From Azolla caroliniana (taxonomy: Eukaryota > Plantae > Polypodiophyta): 24,835 nucleotides of DNA. Where the stretch lies: contig JBHGNT010000449.1 of NCBI GenBank assembly GCA_043228905.1, positions 1 to 24,835 on the forward strand, written 5' to 3'. Shown here one piece after another: positions 8,186 through 21,151 of the stretch. The translations under genes were made by a program, and so were the position numbers. The number at the start of each line of letters is the position of its first letter. Position 1 is the first letter of the stretch. The notes below the pieces were generated by a model. It saw only the letters and a list, made by a program, of their open reading frames with translations, did not search any database and was not told the DNA's origin.

Positions 8186-9308
8186 TGCTTGTGTTCGGAA
8201 CTACCCCGGTTCTCTCTCCGCCTATTTGAGTGTGTCATGGTTGATCCACCCTTATATACACAAGGCCATGCATGTCTAGTACATGCATGTCCCTTCCCAC
8301 GTCCATTCCTATAGACGTTAATGGCATGATCCATACTTGGGCCACGGAAGAGACCATTCACTTTTATCCACCCCCCTTTACGTGTCCAGGATCCTCCTGC
8401 TTCGACCTACCATATCACTAGCCCTATACTCACCTCCATCACACCAGGAGTGGGATTATGCACTTGGGCATTTCAAATCTACTAACCTATGGACGCTTCG
8501 TCCATATTGCAACGTAGACAGTATGTAACCTCATGATAGCCACCTACACATGTGATGCCATTGAGGTTGTAGAGTGCGTATGGGCCTCGTAAAACGAGGA
8601 TAAGGTGGTGAGAAAAGGTTTTTAGGGTGTTGGTTCTCTCCACGAAAACGTTATCGGTGGTTGTGGCCACGAGGGGGTTTAGAATCCATTGCGACCAACA
8701 TACGGACGACGACACGCGTTTTCATTGTGATTACAAGATCCGTCGTCGTTGTGGACGCTGCAACCACCGGAGGAATATGAAGGTGGCACCATTCAAGGAC
8801 AACATTTCTAGGTGAAACATGCGTGGGTTGGTTGGTTCACACGATGATGAAAATGGTAGATAGACATGGGAATTTCATGTGGAATCATGTTTGTAGTAGG
8901 AGTTACGATCAGCCACTACTATTGCGCACATCATGGTACGGCGAGACACGGCATTGTATGAGGGTGGCTTCAATACAACATTGTGATGGCATCGACGTTT
9001 GACGAGTTTCGCGTTGCTCGTGAGAGAGATAGCGATAGATGGATAGAGATAGATATAGGTAGGGTGGGAGTGGGTAGTGTGCGTGTGGGCACGTTACCTA
9101 ATCATGTGTGCGTGGAGTTTCATTTTGCTTGTGCAATGAGCGAGCGAGGGCACGCGACCTGATCGTGCGTGCGTGCGTGCGTGTTGTGCGCGAGCGTGGG
9201 AGAAATATGATTGAGAGGGTTATGAGAACGTCAAGACACCACACAGAGCACACCATTTACATTTACGATGTTCAGAAAGTGTATAGTTGAAAAAGTTATG
9301 TACGTTCT

Positions 9309-10346
9309 TTAAAAGTGGCGAATACAAGCGCGTGGGCGAAGATCACATTGTTGGAGAAGGCGAGAGGTTGCCACGCTTAGAAGTTGTTCCTCCTCACCGG
9401 CCTTGAAACGACGACGTTGTTCCTCATCTTGTCGTCCGGTCATGCGATAACGGCGCTCGTCCTCCTCGCGCTCGCTACTGTCTCTCTCTCGCTCGGCATC
9501 CTCTTCCCATTGACGACGTTCCCTTGACACTTGGTTATGGCGGTGACCATCATTGCGTGCCTCTTCTCCGCTAATGTATAAGGCCTCGCGGAGGCGGTTG
9601 CAACGCTCTTCTACGGGGATTTGTTCCACGTTCCTGCAGCATCTTTCGGAGGGCCTTGCATATCGGCTGATTTCATCCCAAGAGGTGCGACGGCTTCGTC
9701 CACGTTCTTCCTTCTCATTACGTTCTTGTAGGTGGCGGACCTGCCTATCGACGAAGTTTTGGCACTCTTGCCTCAACTCTCGGTCTCGTGGCTCATCGCG
9801 ATCGCGGCCGCGACGATCCCGTTCCTCTTCGGACTCTCTCTTGTTGTCTCTGCGACGTCCTTCATCGAGGGATCCTTCACGACGTCGGTCGCGCCTCTCC
9901 TGCTCGACATCCTCCTCCCTGCGTCGATCGCGCCTCTCGTCACGTGACTCATCACGATCGCGACCGCGACGATCCCGTTCCTCTTCGGACTCTCTCTTGT
10001 TGTCTCCGTAGCGCCCCTCCTCGATGGACCCCTCGCGACGTCCCCCGCGCCTCTCCTCATCGAAATCCTCCTCCCTGCGTCGATCGCGCCTCTCCTCACG
10101 TGGCTCATCGCGATCGTGACTGCGACGATCCCGGTCCTCATCCGACTCTCTCTTGTTGTCTCTGTAGCGCCTCTCATCGATGGATCCCTCACGACGTCCG
10201 CTGCGCCTCTCCTCGTCGACATCCTCCTCCCTACGTCGATCGCGCCTCTCCTCTTCGCGATCCCGTCCTACAGATCTAGCATTGGCCGCGCCGCAGGCGG
10301 CTAGCATGATAACCGCCATGAGGAATATGATAGTGAGCTTCGCCAT
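9309..10346 (-). CDS. 2S-albumin-like Arg-rich storage protein precursor, copy 5 (N271)
   Basis: Translation identical to copy 1. Confidence 0.85.
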   Translation of the reverse strand: MAKLTIIFLMAVIMLAACGAANARSVGRDREEERRDRRREEDVDEERRSGRREGSIDERRYRDNKRESDEDRDRRSHDRDEPREERRDRRREEDFDEERRGGRREGSIEEGRYGDNKRESEEERDRRGRDRDESRDERRDRRREEDVEQERRDRRREGSLDEGRRRDNKRESEEERDRRGRDRDEPRDRELRQECQNFVDRQVRHLQERNEKEERGRSRRTSWDEISRYARPSERCCRNVEQIPVEERCNRLREALYISGEEARNDGHRHNQVSRERRQWEEDAERERDSSEREEDERRYRMTGRQDEEQRRRFKAGEEEQLLSVATSRLLQQCDLRPRACIRHF

Positions 10347-11469
10347 TGCTTGTGTTCGGAACTACCCCGGTTCTCTCTCCGCCTATTTGAGTGTGTCATG
10401 GTTGATCCACCCTTATATACACAAGGCCATGCATGTCTAGTACATGCATGTCCCTTCCCACGTCCATTCCTATAGACGTTAATGGCATGATCCATACTTG
10501 GGCCACGGAAGAGACCATTCACTTTTATCCACCCCCCTTTACGTGTCCAGGATCCTCCTGCTTCGACCTACCATATCACTAGCCCTATACTCACCTCCAT
10601 CACACCAGGAGTGGGATTATGCACTTGGGCATTTCAAATCTACTAACCTATGGACGCTTCGTCCATATTGCAACGTAGACAGTATGTAACCTCATGATAG
10701 CCACCTACACATGTGATGCCATTGAGGTTGTAGAGTGCGTATGGGCCTCGTAAAACGAGGATAAGGTGGTGAGAAAAGGTTTTTAGGGTGTTGGTTCTCT
10801 CCACGAAAACGTTATCGGTGGTTGTGGCCACGAGGGGGTTTAGAATCCATTGCGACCAACATACGGACGACGACACGCGTTTTCATTGTGATTACAAGAT
10901 CCGTCGTCGTTGTGGACGCTGCAACCACCGGAGGAATATGAAGGTGGCACCATTCAAGGACAACATTTCTAGGTGAAACATGCGTGGGTTGGTTGGTTCA
11001 CACGATGATGAAAATGGTAGATAGACATGGGAATTTCATGTGGAATCATGTTTGTAGTAGGAGTTACGATCAGCCACTACTATTGCGCACATCATGGTAC
11101 GGCGAGACACGGCATTGTATGAGGGTGGCTTCAATACAACATTGTGATGGCATCGACGTTTGACGAGTTTCGCGTTGCTCGTGAGAGAGATAGCGATAGA
11201 TGGATAGAGATAGATATAGGTAGGGTGGGAGTGGGTAGTGTGCGTGTGGGCACGTTACCTAATCATGTGTGCGTGGAGTTTCATTTTGCTTGTGCAATGA
11301 GCGAGCGAGGGCACGCGACCTGATCGTGCGTGCGTGCGTGCGTGTTGTGCGCGAGCGTGGGAGAAATATGATTGAGAGGGTTATGAGAACGTCAAGACAC
11401 CACACAGAGCACACCATTTACATTTACGATGTTCAGAAAGTGTATAGTTGAAAAAGTTATGTACGTTCT

Positions 11470-12507
11470 TTAAAAGTGGCGAATACAAGCGCGTGGGCGA
11501 AGATCACATTGTTGGAGAAGGCGAGAGGTTGCCACGCTTAGAAGTTGTTCCTCCTCACCGGCCTTGAAACGACGACGTTGTTCCTCATCTTGTCGTCCGG
11601 TCATGCGATAACGGCGCTCGTCCTCCTCGCGCTCGCTACTGTCTCTCTCTCGCTCGGCATCCTCTTCCCATTGACGACGTTCCCTTGACACTTGGTTATG
11701 GCGGTGACCATCATTGCGTGCCTCTTCTCCGCTAATGTATAAGGCCTCGCGGAGGCGGTTGCAACGCTCTTCTACGGGGATTTGTTCCACGTTCCTGCAG
11801 CATCTTTCGGAGGGCCTTGCATATCGGCTGATTTCATCCCAAGAGGTGCGACGGCTTCGTCCACGTTCTTCCTTCTCATTACGTTCTTGTAGGTGGCGGA
11901 CCTGCCTATCGACGAAGTTTTGGCACTCTTGCCTCAACTCTCGGTCTCGTGGCTCATCGCGATCGCGGCCGCGACGATCCCGTTCCTCTTCGGACTCTCT
12001 CTTGTTGTCTCTGCGACGTCCTTCATCGAGGGATCCTTCACGACGTCGGTCGCGCCTCTCCTGCTCGACATCCTCCTCCCTGCGTCGATCGCGCCTCTCG
12101 TCACGTGACTCATCACGATCGCGACCGCGACGATCCCGTTCCTCTTCGGACTCTCTCTTGTTGTCTCCGTAGCGCCCCTCCTCGATGGACCCCTCGCGAC
12201 GTCCCCCGCGCCTCTCCTCATCGAAATCCTCCTCCCTGCGTCGATCGCGCCTCTCCTCACGTGGCTCATCGCGATCGTGACTGCGACGATCCCGGTCCTC
12301 ATCCGACTCTCTCTTGTTGTCTCTGTAGCGCCTCTCATCGATGGATCCCTCACGACGTCCGCTGCGCCTCTCCTCGTCGACATCCTCCTCCCTACGTCGA
12401 TCGCGCCTCTCCTCTTCGCGATCCCGTCCTACAGATCTAGCATTGGCCGCGCCGCAGGCGGCTAGCATGATAACCGCCATGAGGAATATGATAGTGAGCT
12501 TCGCCAT
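11470..12507 (-). CDS. 2S-albumin-like Arg-rich storage protein precursor, copy 6 (N271)
   Basis: Translation identical to copy 1. Confidence 0.85.
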   Translation of the reverse strand: MAKLTIIFLMAVIMLAACGAANARSVGRDREEERRDRRREEDVDEERRSGRREGSIDERRYRDNKRESDEDRDRRSHDRDEPREERRDRRREEDFDEERRGGRREGSIEEGRYGDNKRESEEERDRRGRDRDESRDERRDRRREEDVEQERRDRRREGSLDEGRRRDNKRESEEERDRRGRDRDEPRDRELRQECQNFVDRQVRHLQERNEKEERGRSRRTSWDEISRYARPSERCCRNVEQIPVEERCNRLREALYISGEEARNDGHRHNQVSRERRQWEEDAERERDSSEREEDERRYRMTGRQDEEQRRRFKAGEEEQLLSVATSRLLQQCDLRPRACIRHF

Positions 12508-13630
12508 TGCTTGTGTTCGGAACTACCCCGGTTCTCTCTCCGCCTATTTGAGTGTGTCATGGTTGATCCACCCTTATATACACAAGGCCATGCATGTCTA
12601 GTACATGCATGTCCCTTCCCACGTCCATTCCTATAGACGTTAATGGCATGATCCATACTTGGGCCACGGAAGAGACCATTCACTTTTATCCACCCCCCTT
12701 TACGTGTCCAGGATCCTCCTGCTTCGACCTACCATATCACTAGCCCTATACTCACCTCCATCACACCAGGAGTGGGATTATGCACTTGGGCATTTCAAAT
12801 CTACTAACCTATGGACGCTTCGTCCATATTGCAACGTAGACAGTATGTAACCTCATGATAGCCACCTACACATGTGATGCCATTGAGGTTGTAGAGTGCG
12901 TATGGGCCTCGTAAAACGAGGATAAGGTGGTGAGAAAAGGTTTTTAGGGTGTTGGTTCTCTCCACGAAAACGTTATCGGTGGTTGTGGCCACGAGGGGGT
13001 TTAGAATCCATTGCGACCAACATACGGACGACGACACGCGTTTTCATTGTGATTACAAGATCCGTCGTCGTTGTGGACGCTGCAACCACCGGAGGAATAT
13101 GAAGGTGGCACCATTCAAGGACAACATTTCTAGGTGAAACATGCGTGGGTTGGTTGGTTCACACGATGATGAAAATGGTAGATAGACATGGGAATTTCAT
13201 GTGGAATCATGTTTGTAGTAGGAGTTACGATCAGCCACTACTATTGCGCACATCATGGTACGGCGAGACACGGCATTGTATGAGGGTGGCTTCAATACAA
13301 CATTGTGATGGCATCGACGTTTGACGAGTTTCGCGTTGCTCGTGAGAGAGATAGCGATAGATGGATAGAGATAGATATAGGTAGGGTGGGAGTGGGTAGT
13401 GTGCGTGTGGGCACGTTACCTAATCATGTGTGCGTGGAGTTTCATTTTGCTTGTGCAATGAGCGAGCGAGGGCACGCGACCTGATCGTGCGTGCGTGCGT
13501 GCGTGTTGTGCGCGAGCGTGGGAGAAATATGATTGAGAGGGTTATGAGAACGTCAAGACACCACACAGAGCACACCATTTACATTTACGATGTTCAGAAA
13601 GTGTATAGTTGAAAAAGTTATGTACGTTCT

Positions 13631-14668
13631 TTAAAAGTGGCGAATACAAGCGCGTGGGCGAAGATCACATTGTTGGAGAAGGCGAGAGGTTGCCACGCTT
13701 AGAAGTTGTTCCTCCTCACCGGCCTTGAAACGACGACGTTGTTCCTCATCTTGTCGTCCGGTCATGCGATAACGGCGCTCGTCCTCCTCGCGCTCGCTAC
13801 TGTCTCTCTCTCGCTCGGCATCCTCTTCCCATTGACGACGTTCCCTTGACACTTGGCTATGGCGGTGACCATCATTGCGTGCCTCTTCTCCGCTAATGTA
13901 TAAGGCCTCGCGGAGGCGGTTGCAACGCTCTTCTACGGGGATTTGTTCCACGTTCCTGCAGCATCTTTCGGAGGGCCTTGCATATCGGCTGATTTCATCC
14001 CAAGAGGTGCGACGGCTTCGTCCACGTTCTTCCTTCTCATTACGTTCTTGTAGGTGGCGGACCTGCCTATCGACGAAGTTTTGGCACTCTTGCCTCAACT
14101 CTCGGTCTCGTGGCTCATCGCGATCGTGGCCGCGACGATCCCGTTCCTCTTCGGACTCTCTCTTGTTGTCTCTGCGACGTCCTTCATCGAGGGATCCTTC
14201 ACGACGTCGGTCGCGCCTCTCCTGCTCGACATCCTCCTCCCTGCGTCGATCGCGCCTCTCGTCACGTGACTCATCACGATCGCGACCGCGACGATCCCGT
14301 TCCTCTTCGGACTCTCTCTTGTTGTCTCCGTAGCGCCCCTCCTCGATGGACCCCTCGCGACGTCCCCCGCGCCTCTCCTCATCGAAATCCTCCTCCCTGC
14401 GTCGATCGCGCCTCTCCTCACGTGGCTCATCGCGATCGTGACTGCGACGATCCCGGTCCTCATCCGACTCTCTCTTGTTGTCTCTGTAGCGCCTCTCATC
14501 GATGGATCCCTCACGACGTCCGCTGCGCCTCTCCTCGTCGACATCCTCCTCCCTACGTCGATCGCGCCTCTCCTCTTCGCGATCCCGTCCTACAGATCTA
14601 GCATTGGCCGCGCCGCAGGCGGCTAGCATGATAACCGCCATGAGGAATATGATAGTGAGCTTCGCCAT
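13631..14668 (-). CDS. 2S-albumin-like Arg-rich storage protein precursor, copy 7 (R181H, N271S)
   Basis: 345 aa. Differs from copy 1 by C>T at 14127 (R181H) and T>C at 13857 (N271S), + strand bases. Confidence 0.85.
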   Translation of the reverse strand: MAKLTIIFLMAVIMLAACGAANARSVGRDREEERRDRRREEDVDEERRSGRREGSIDERRYRDNKRESDEDRDRRSHDRDEPREERRDRRREEDFDEERRGGRREGSIEEGRYGDNKRESEEERDRRGRDRDESRDERRDRRREEDVEQERRDRRREGSLDEGRRRDNKRESEEERDRRGHDRDEPRDRELRQECQNFVDRQVRHLQERNEKEERGRSRRTSWDEISRYARPSERCCRNVEQIPVEERCNRLREALYISGEEARNDGHRHSQVSRERRQWEEDAERERDSSEREEDERRYRMTGRQDEEQRRRFKAGEEEQLLSVATSRLLQQCDLRPRACIRHF

Positions 14669-15791
14669 TGCTTGTGTTCGGAACTACCCCGGTTCTCTCT
14701 CCGCCTATTTGAGTGTGTCATGGTTGATCCACCCTTATATACACAAGGCCATGCATGTCTAGTACATGCATGTCCCTTCCCACGTCCATTCCTATAGACG
14801 TTAATGGCATGATCCATACTTGGGCCACGGAAGAGACCATTCACTTTTATCCACCCCCCTTTACGTGTCCAGGATCCTCCTGCTTCGACCTACCATATCA
14901 CTAGCCCTATACTCACCTCCATCACACCAGGAGTGGGATTATGCACTTGGGCATTTCAAATCTACTAACCTATGGACGCTTCGTCCATATTGCAACGTAG
15001 ACAGTATGTAACCTCATGATAGCCACCTACACATGTGATGCCATTGAGGTTGTAGAGTGCGTATGGGCCTCGTAAAACGAGGATAAGGTGGTGAGAAAAG
15101 GTTTTTAGGGTGTTGGTTCTCTCCACGAAAACGTTATCGGTGGTTGTGGCCACGAGGGGGTTTAGAATCCATTGCGACCAACATACGGACGACGACACGC
15201 GTTTTCATTGTGATTACAAGATCCGTCGTCGTTGTGGACGCTGCAACCACCGGAGGAATATGAAGGTGGCACCATTCAAGGACAACATTTCTAGGTGAAA
15301 CATGCGTGGGTTGGTTGGTTCACACGATGATGAAAATGGTAGATAGACATGGGAATTTCATGTGGAATCATGTTTGTAGTAGGAGTTACGATCAGCCACT
15401 ACTATTGCGCACATCATGGTACGGCGAGACACGGCATTGTATGAGGGTGGCTTCAATACAACATTGTGATGGCATCGACGTTTGACGAGTTTCGCGTTGC
15501 TCGTGAGAGAGATAGCGATAGATGGATAGAGATAGATATAGGTAGGGTGGGAGTGGGTAGTGTGCGTGTGGGCACGTTACCTAATCATGTGTGCGTGGAG
15601 TTTCATTTTGCTTGTGCAATGAGCGAGCGAGGGCACGCGACCTGATCGTGCGTGCGTGCGTGCGTGTTGTGCGCGAGCGTGGGAGAAATATGATTGAGAG
15701 GGTTATGAGAACGTCAAGACACCACACAGAGCACACCATTTACATTTACGATGTTCAGAAAGTGTATAGTTGAAAAAGTTATGTACGTTCT

Positions 15792-16829
15792 TTAAAAGTG
15801 GCGAATACAAGCGCGTGGGCGAAGATCACATTGTTGGAGAAGGCGAGAGGTTGCCACGCTTAGAAGTTGTTCCTCCTCACCGGCCTTGAAACGACGACGT
15901 TGTTCCTCATCTTGTCGTCCGGTCATGCGATAACGGCGCTCGTCCTCCTCGCGCTCGCTACTGTCTCTCTCTCGCTCGGCATCCTCTTCCCATTGACGAC
16001 GTTCCCTTGACACTTGGCTATGGCGGTGACCATCATTGCGTGCCTCTTCTCCGCTAATGTATAAGGCCTCGCGGAGGCGGTTGCAACGCTCTTCTACGGG
16101 GATTTGTTCCACGTTCCTGCAGCATCTTTCGGAGGGCCTTGCATATCGGCTGATTTCATCCCAAGAGGTGCGACGGCTTCGTCCACGTTCTTCCTTCTCA
16201 TTACGTTCTTGTAGGTGGCGGACCTGCCTATCGACGAAGTTTTGGCACTCTTGCCTCAACTCTCGGTCTCGTGGCTCATCGCGATCGCGGCCGCGACGAT
16301 CCCGTTCCTCTTCGGACTCTCTCTTGTTGTCTCTGCGACGTCCTTCATCGAGGGATCCTTCACGACGTCGGTCGCGCCTCTCCTGCTCGACATCCTCCTC
16401 CCTGCGTCGATCGCGCCTCTCGTCACGTGACTCATCACGATCGCGACCGCGACGATCCCGTTCCTCTTCGGACTCTCTCTTGTTGTCTCCGTAGCGCCCC
16501 TCCTCGATGGACCCCTCGCGACGTCCCCCGCGCCTCTCCTCATCGAAATCCTCCTCCCTGCGTCGATCGCGCCTCTCCTCACGTGGCTCATCGCGATCGT
16601 GACTGCGACGATCCCGGTCCTCATCCGACTCTCTCTTGTTGTCTCTGTAGCGCCTCTCATCGATGGATCCCTCACGACGTCCGCTGCGCCTCTCCTCGTC
16701 GACATCCTCCTCCCTACGTCGATCGCGCCTCTCCTCTTCGCGATCCCGTCCTACAGATCTAGCATTGGCCGCGCCGCAGGCGGCTAGCATGATAACCGCC
16801 ATGAGGAATATGATAGTGAGCTTCGCCAT
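15792..16829 (-). CDS. 2S-albumin-like Arg-rich storage protein precursor, copy 8 (N271S)
   Basis: 345 aa; T>C at 16018. Confidence 0.85.
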   Translation of the reverse strand: MAKLTIIFLMAVIMLAACGAANARSVGRDREEERRDRRREEDVDEERRSGRREGSIDERRYRDNKRESDEDRDRRSHDRDEPREERRDRRREEDFDEERRGGRREGSIEEGRYGDNKRESEEERDRRGRDRDESRDERRDRRREEDVEQERRDRRREGSLDEGRRRDNKRESEEERDRRGRDRDEPRDRELRQECQNFVDRQVRHLQERNEKEERGRSRRTSWDEISRYARPSERCCRNVEQIPVEERCNRLREALYISGEEARNDGHRHSQVSRERRQWEEDAERERDSSEREEDERRYRMTGRQDEEQRRRFKAGEEEQLLSVATSRLLQQCDLRPRACIRHF

Positions 16830-17952
16830 TGCTTGTGTTCGGAACTACCCCGGTTCTCTCTCCGCCTATTTGAGTGTGTCATGGTTGATCCACCCTTATA
16901 TACACAAGGCCATGCATGTCTAGTACATGCATGTCCCTTCCCACGTCCATTCCTATAGACGTTAATGGCATGATCCATACTTGGGCCACGGAAGAGACCA
17001 TTCACTTTTATCCACCCCCCTTTACGTGTCCAGGATCCTCCTGCTTCGACCTACCATATCACTAGCCCTATACTCACCTCCATCACACCAGGAGTGGGAT
17101 TATGCACTTGGGCATTTCAAATCTACTAACCTATGGACGCTTCGTCCATATTGCAACGTAGACAGTATGTAACCTCATGATAGCCACCTACACATGTGAT
17201 GCCATTGAGGTTGTAGAGTGCGTATGGGCCTCGTAAAACGAGGATAAGGTGGTGAGAAAAGGTTTTTAGGGTGTTGGTTCTCTCCACGAAAACGTTATCG
17301 GTGGTTGTGGCCACGAGGGGGTTTAGAATCCATTGCGACCAACATACGGACGACGACACGCGTTTTCATTGTGATTACAAGATCCGTCGTCGTTGTGGAC
17401 GCTGCAACCACCGGAGGAATATGAAGGTGGCACCATTCAAGGACAACATTTCTAGGTGAAACATGCGTGGGTTGGTTGGTTCACACGATGATGAAAATGG
17501 TAGATAGACATGGGAATTTCATGTGGAATCATGTTTGTAGTAGGAGTTACGATCAGCCACTACTATTGCGCACATCATGGTACGGCGAGACACGGCATTG
17601 TATGAGGGTGGCTTCAATACAACATTGTGATGGCATCGACGTTTGACGAGTTTCGCGTTGCTCGTGAGAGAGATAGCGATAGATGGATAGAGATAGATAT
17701 AGGTAGGGTGGGAGTGGGTAGTGTGCGTGTGGGCACGTTACCTAATCATGTGTGCGTGGAGTTTCATTTTGCTTGTGCAATGAGCGAGCGAGGGCACGCG
17801 ACCTGATCGTGCGTGCGTGCGTGCGTGTTGTGCGCGAGCGTGGGAGAAATATGATTGAGAGGGTTATGAGAACGTCAAGACACCACACAGAGCACACCAT
17901 TTACATTTACGATGTTCAGAAAGTGTATAGTTGAAAAAGTTATGTACGTTCT

Positions 17953-18990
17953 TTAAAAGTGGCGAATACAAGCGCGTGGGCGAAGATCACATTGTTGGAG
18001 AAGGCGAGAGGTTGCCACGCTTAGAAGTTGTTCCTCCTCACCGGCCTTGAAACGACGACGTTGTTCCTCATCTTGTCGTCCGGTCATGCGATAACGGCGC
18101 TCGTCCTCCTCGCGCTCGCTACTGTCTCTCTCTCGCTCGGCATCCTCTTCCCATTGACGACGTTCCCTTGACACTTGGTTATGGCGGTGACCATCATTGC
18201 GTGCCTCTTCTCCGCTAATGTATAAGGCCTCGCGGAGGCGGTTGCAACGCTCTTCTACGGGGATTTGTTCCACGTTCCTGCAGCATCTTTCGGAGGGCCT
18301 TGCATATCGGCTGATTTCATCCCAAGAGGTGCGACGGCTTCGTCCACGTTCTTCCTTCTCATTACGTTCTTGTAGGTGGCGGACCTGCCTATCGACGAAG
18401 TTTTGGCACTCTTGCCTCAACTCTCGGTCTCGTGGCTCATCGCGATCGCGGCCGCGACGATCCCGTTCCTCTTCGGACTCTCTCTTGTTGTCTCTGCGAC
18501 GTCCTTCATCGAGGGATCCTTCACGACGTCGGTCGCGCCTCTCCTGCTCGACATCCTCCTCCCTGCGTCGATCGCGCCTCTCGTCACGTGACTCATCACG
18601 ATCGCGACCGCGACGATCCCGTTCCTCTTCGGACTCTCTCTTGTTGTCTCCGTAGCGCCCCTCCTCGATGGACCCCTCGCGACGTCCCCCGCGCCTCTCC
18701 TCATCGAAATCCTCCTCCCTGCGTCGATCGCGCCTCTCCTCACGTGGCTCATCGCGATCGTGACTGCGACGATCCCGGTCCTCATCCGACTCTCTCTTGT
18801 TGTCTCTGTAGCGCCTCTCATCGATGGATCCCTCACGACGTCCGCTGCGCCTCTCCTCGTCGACATCCTCCTCCCTACGTCGATCGCGCCTCTCCTCTTC
18901 GCGATCCCGTCCTACAGATCTAGCATTGGCCGCGCCGCAGGCGGCTAGCATGATAACCGCCATGAGGAATATGATAGTGAGCTTCGCCAT
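17953..18990 (-). CDS. 2S-albumin-like Arg-rich storage protein precursor, copy 9 (N271)
   Basis: Translation identical to copy 1; T at 18179. Confidence 0.85.
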   Translation of the reverse strand: MAKLTIIFLMAVIMLAACGAANARSVGRDREEERRDRRREEDVDEERRSGRREGSIDERRYRDNKRESDEDRDRRSHDRDEPREERRDRRREEDFDEERRGGRREGSIEEGRYGDNKRESEEERDRRGRDRDESRDERRDRRREEDVEQERRDRRREGSLDEGRRRDNKRESEEERDRRGRDRDEPRDRELRQECQNFVDRQVRHLQERNEKEERGRSRRTSWDEISRYARPSERCCRNVEQIPVEERCNRLREALYISGEEARNDGHRHNQVSRERRQWEEDAERERDSSEREEDERRYRMTGRQDEEQRRRFKAGEEEQLLSVATSRLLQQCDLRPRACIRHF

Positions 18991-20113
18991 TGCTTGTGTT
19001 CGGAACTACCCCGGTTCTCTCTCCGCCTATTTGAGTGTGTCATGGTTGATCCACCCTTATATACACAAGGCCATGCATGTCTAGTACATGCATGTCCCTT
19101 CCCACGTCCATTCCTATAGACGTTAATGGCATGATCCATACTTGGGCCACGGAAGAGACCATTCACTTTTATCCACCCCCCTTTACGTGTCCAGGATCCT
19201 CCTGCTTCGACCTACCATATCACTAGCCCTATACTCACCTCCATCACACCAGGAGTGGGATTATGCACTTGGGCATTTCAAATCTACTAACCTATGGACG
19301 CTTCGTCCATATTGCAACGTAGACAGTATGTAACCTCATGATAGCCACCTACACATGTGATGCCATTGAGGTTGTAGAGTGCGTATGGGCCTCGTAAAAC
19401 GAGGATAAGGTGGTGAGAAAAGGTTTTTAGGGTGTTGGTTCTCTCCACGAAAACGTTATCGGTGGTTGTGGCCACGAGGGGGTTTAGAATCCATTGCGAC
19501 CAACATACGGACGACGACACGCGTTTTCATTGTGATTACAAGATCCGTCGTCGTTGTGGACGCTGCAACCACCGGAGGAATATGAAGGTGGCACCATTCA
19601 AGGACAACATTTCTAGGTGAAACATGCGTGGGTTGGTTGGTTCACACGATGATGAAAATGGTAGATAGACATGGGAATTTCATGTGGAATCATGTTTGTA
19701 GTAGGAGTTACGATCAGCCACTACTATTGCGCACATCATGGTACGGCGAGACACGGCATTGTATGAGGGTGGCTTCAATACAACATTGTGATGGCATCGA
19801 CGTTTGACGAGTTTCGCGTTGCTCGTGAGAGAGATAGCGATAGATGGATAGAGATAGATATAGGTAGGGTGGGAGTGGGTAGTGTGCGTGTGGGCACGTT
19901 ACCTAATCATGTGTGCGTGGAGTTTCATTTTGCTTGTGCAATGAGCGAGCGAGGGCACGCGACCTGATCGTGCGTGCGTGCGTGCGTGTTGTGCGCGAGC
20001 GTGGGAGAAATATGATTGAGAGGGTTATGAGAACGTCAAGACACCACACAGAGCACACCATTTACATTTACGATGTTCAGAAAGTGTATAGTTGAAAAAG
20101 TTATGTACGTTCT

Positions 20114-21151
20114 TTAAAAGTGGCGAATACAAGCGCGTGGGCGAAGATCACATTGTTGGAGAAGGCGAGAGGTTGCCACGCTTAGAAGTTGTTCCTCCTC
20201 ACCGGCCTTGAAACGACGACGTTGTTCCTCATCTTGTCGTCCGGTCATGCGATAACGGCGCTCGTCCTCCTCGCGCTCGCTACTGTCTCTCTCTCGCTCG
20301 GCATCCTCTTCCCATTGACGACGTTCCCTTGACACTTGGCTATGGCGGTGACCATCATTGCGTGCCTCTTCTCCGCTAATGTATAAGGCCTCGCGGAGGC
20401 GGTTGCAACGCTCTTCTACGGGGATTTGTTCCACGTTCCTGCAGCATCTTTCGGAGGGCCTTGCATATCGGCTGATTTCATCCCAAGAGGTGCGACGGCT
20501 TCGTCCACGTTCTTCCTTCTCATTACGTTCTTGTAGGTGGCGGACCTGCCTATCGACGAAGTTTTGGCACTCTTGCCTCAACTCTCGGTCTCGTGGCTCA
20601 TCGCGATCGCGGCCGCGACGATCCCGTTCCTCTTCGGACTCTCTCTTGTTGTCTCTGCGACGTCCTTCATCGAGGGATCCTTCACGACGTCGGTCGCGCC
20701 TCTCCTGCTCGACATCCTCCTCCCTGCGTCGATCGCGCCTCTCGTCACGTGACTCATCACGATCGCGACCGCGACGATCCCGTTCCTCTTCGGACTCTCT
20801 CTTGTTGTCTCCGTAGCGCCCCTCCTCGATGGACCCCTCGCGACGTCCCCCGCGCCTCTCCTCATCGAAATCCTCCTCCCTGCGTCGATCGCGCCTCTCC
20901 TCACGTGGCTCATCGCGATCGTGACTGCGACGATCCCGGTCCTCATCCGACTCTCTCTTGTTGTCTCTGTAGCGCCTCTCATCGATGGATCCCTCACGAC
21001 GTCCGCTGCGCCTCTCCTCGTCGACATCCTCCTCCCTACGTCGATCGCGCCTCTCCTCTTCGCGATCCCGTCCTACAGATCTAGCATTGGCCGCGCCGCA
21101 GGCGGCTAGCATGATAACCGCCATGAGGAATATGATAGTGAGCTTCGCCAT
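20114..21151 (-). CDS. 2S-albumin-like Arg-rich storage protein precursor, copy 10 (N271S)
   Basis: 345 aa; T>C at 20340. Confidence 0.85.
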   Translation of the reverse strand: MAKLTIIFLMAVIMLAACGAANARSVGRDREEERRDRRREEDVDEERRSGRREGSIDERRYRDNKRESDEDRDRRSHDRDEPREERRDRRREEDFDEERRGGRREGSIEEGRYGDNKRESEEERDRRGRDRDESRDERRDRRREEDVEQERRDRRREGSLDEGRRRDNKRESEEERDRRGRDRDEPRDRELRQECQNFVDRQVRHLQERNEKEERGRSRRTSWDEISRYARPSERCCRNVEQIPVEERCNRLREALYISGEEARNDGHRHSQVSRERRQWEEDAERERDSSEREEDERRYRMTGRQDEEQRRRFKAGEEEQLLSVATSRLLQQCDLRPRACIRHF

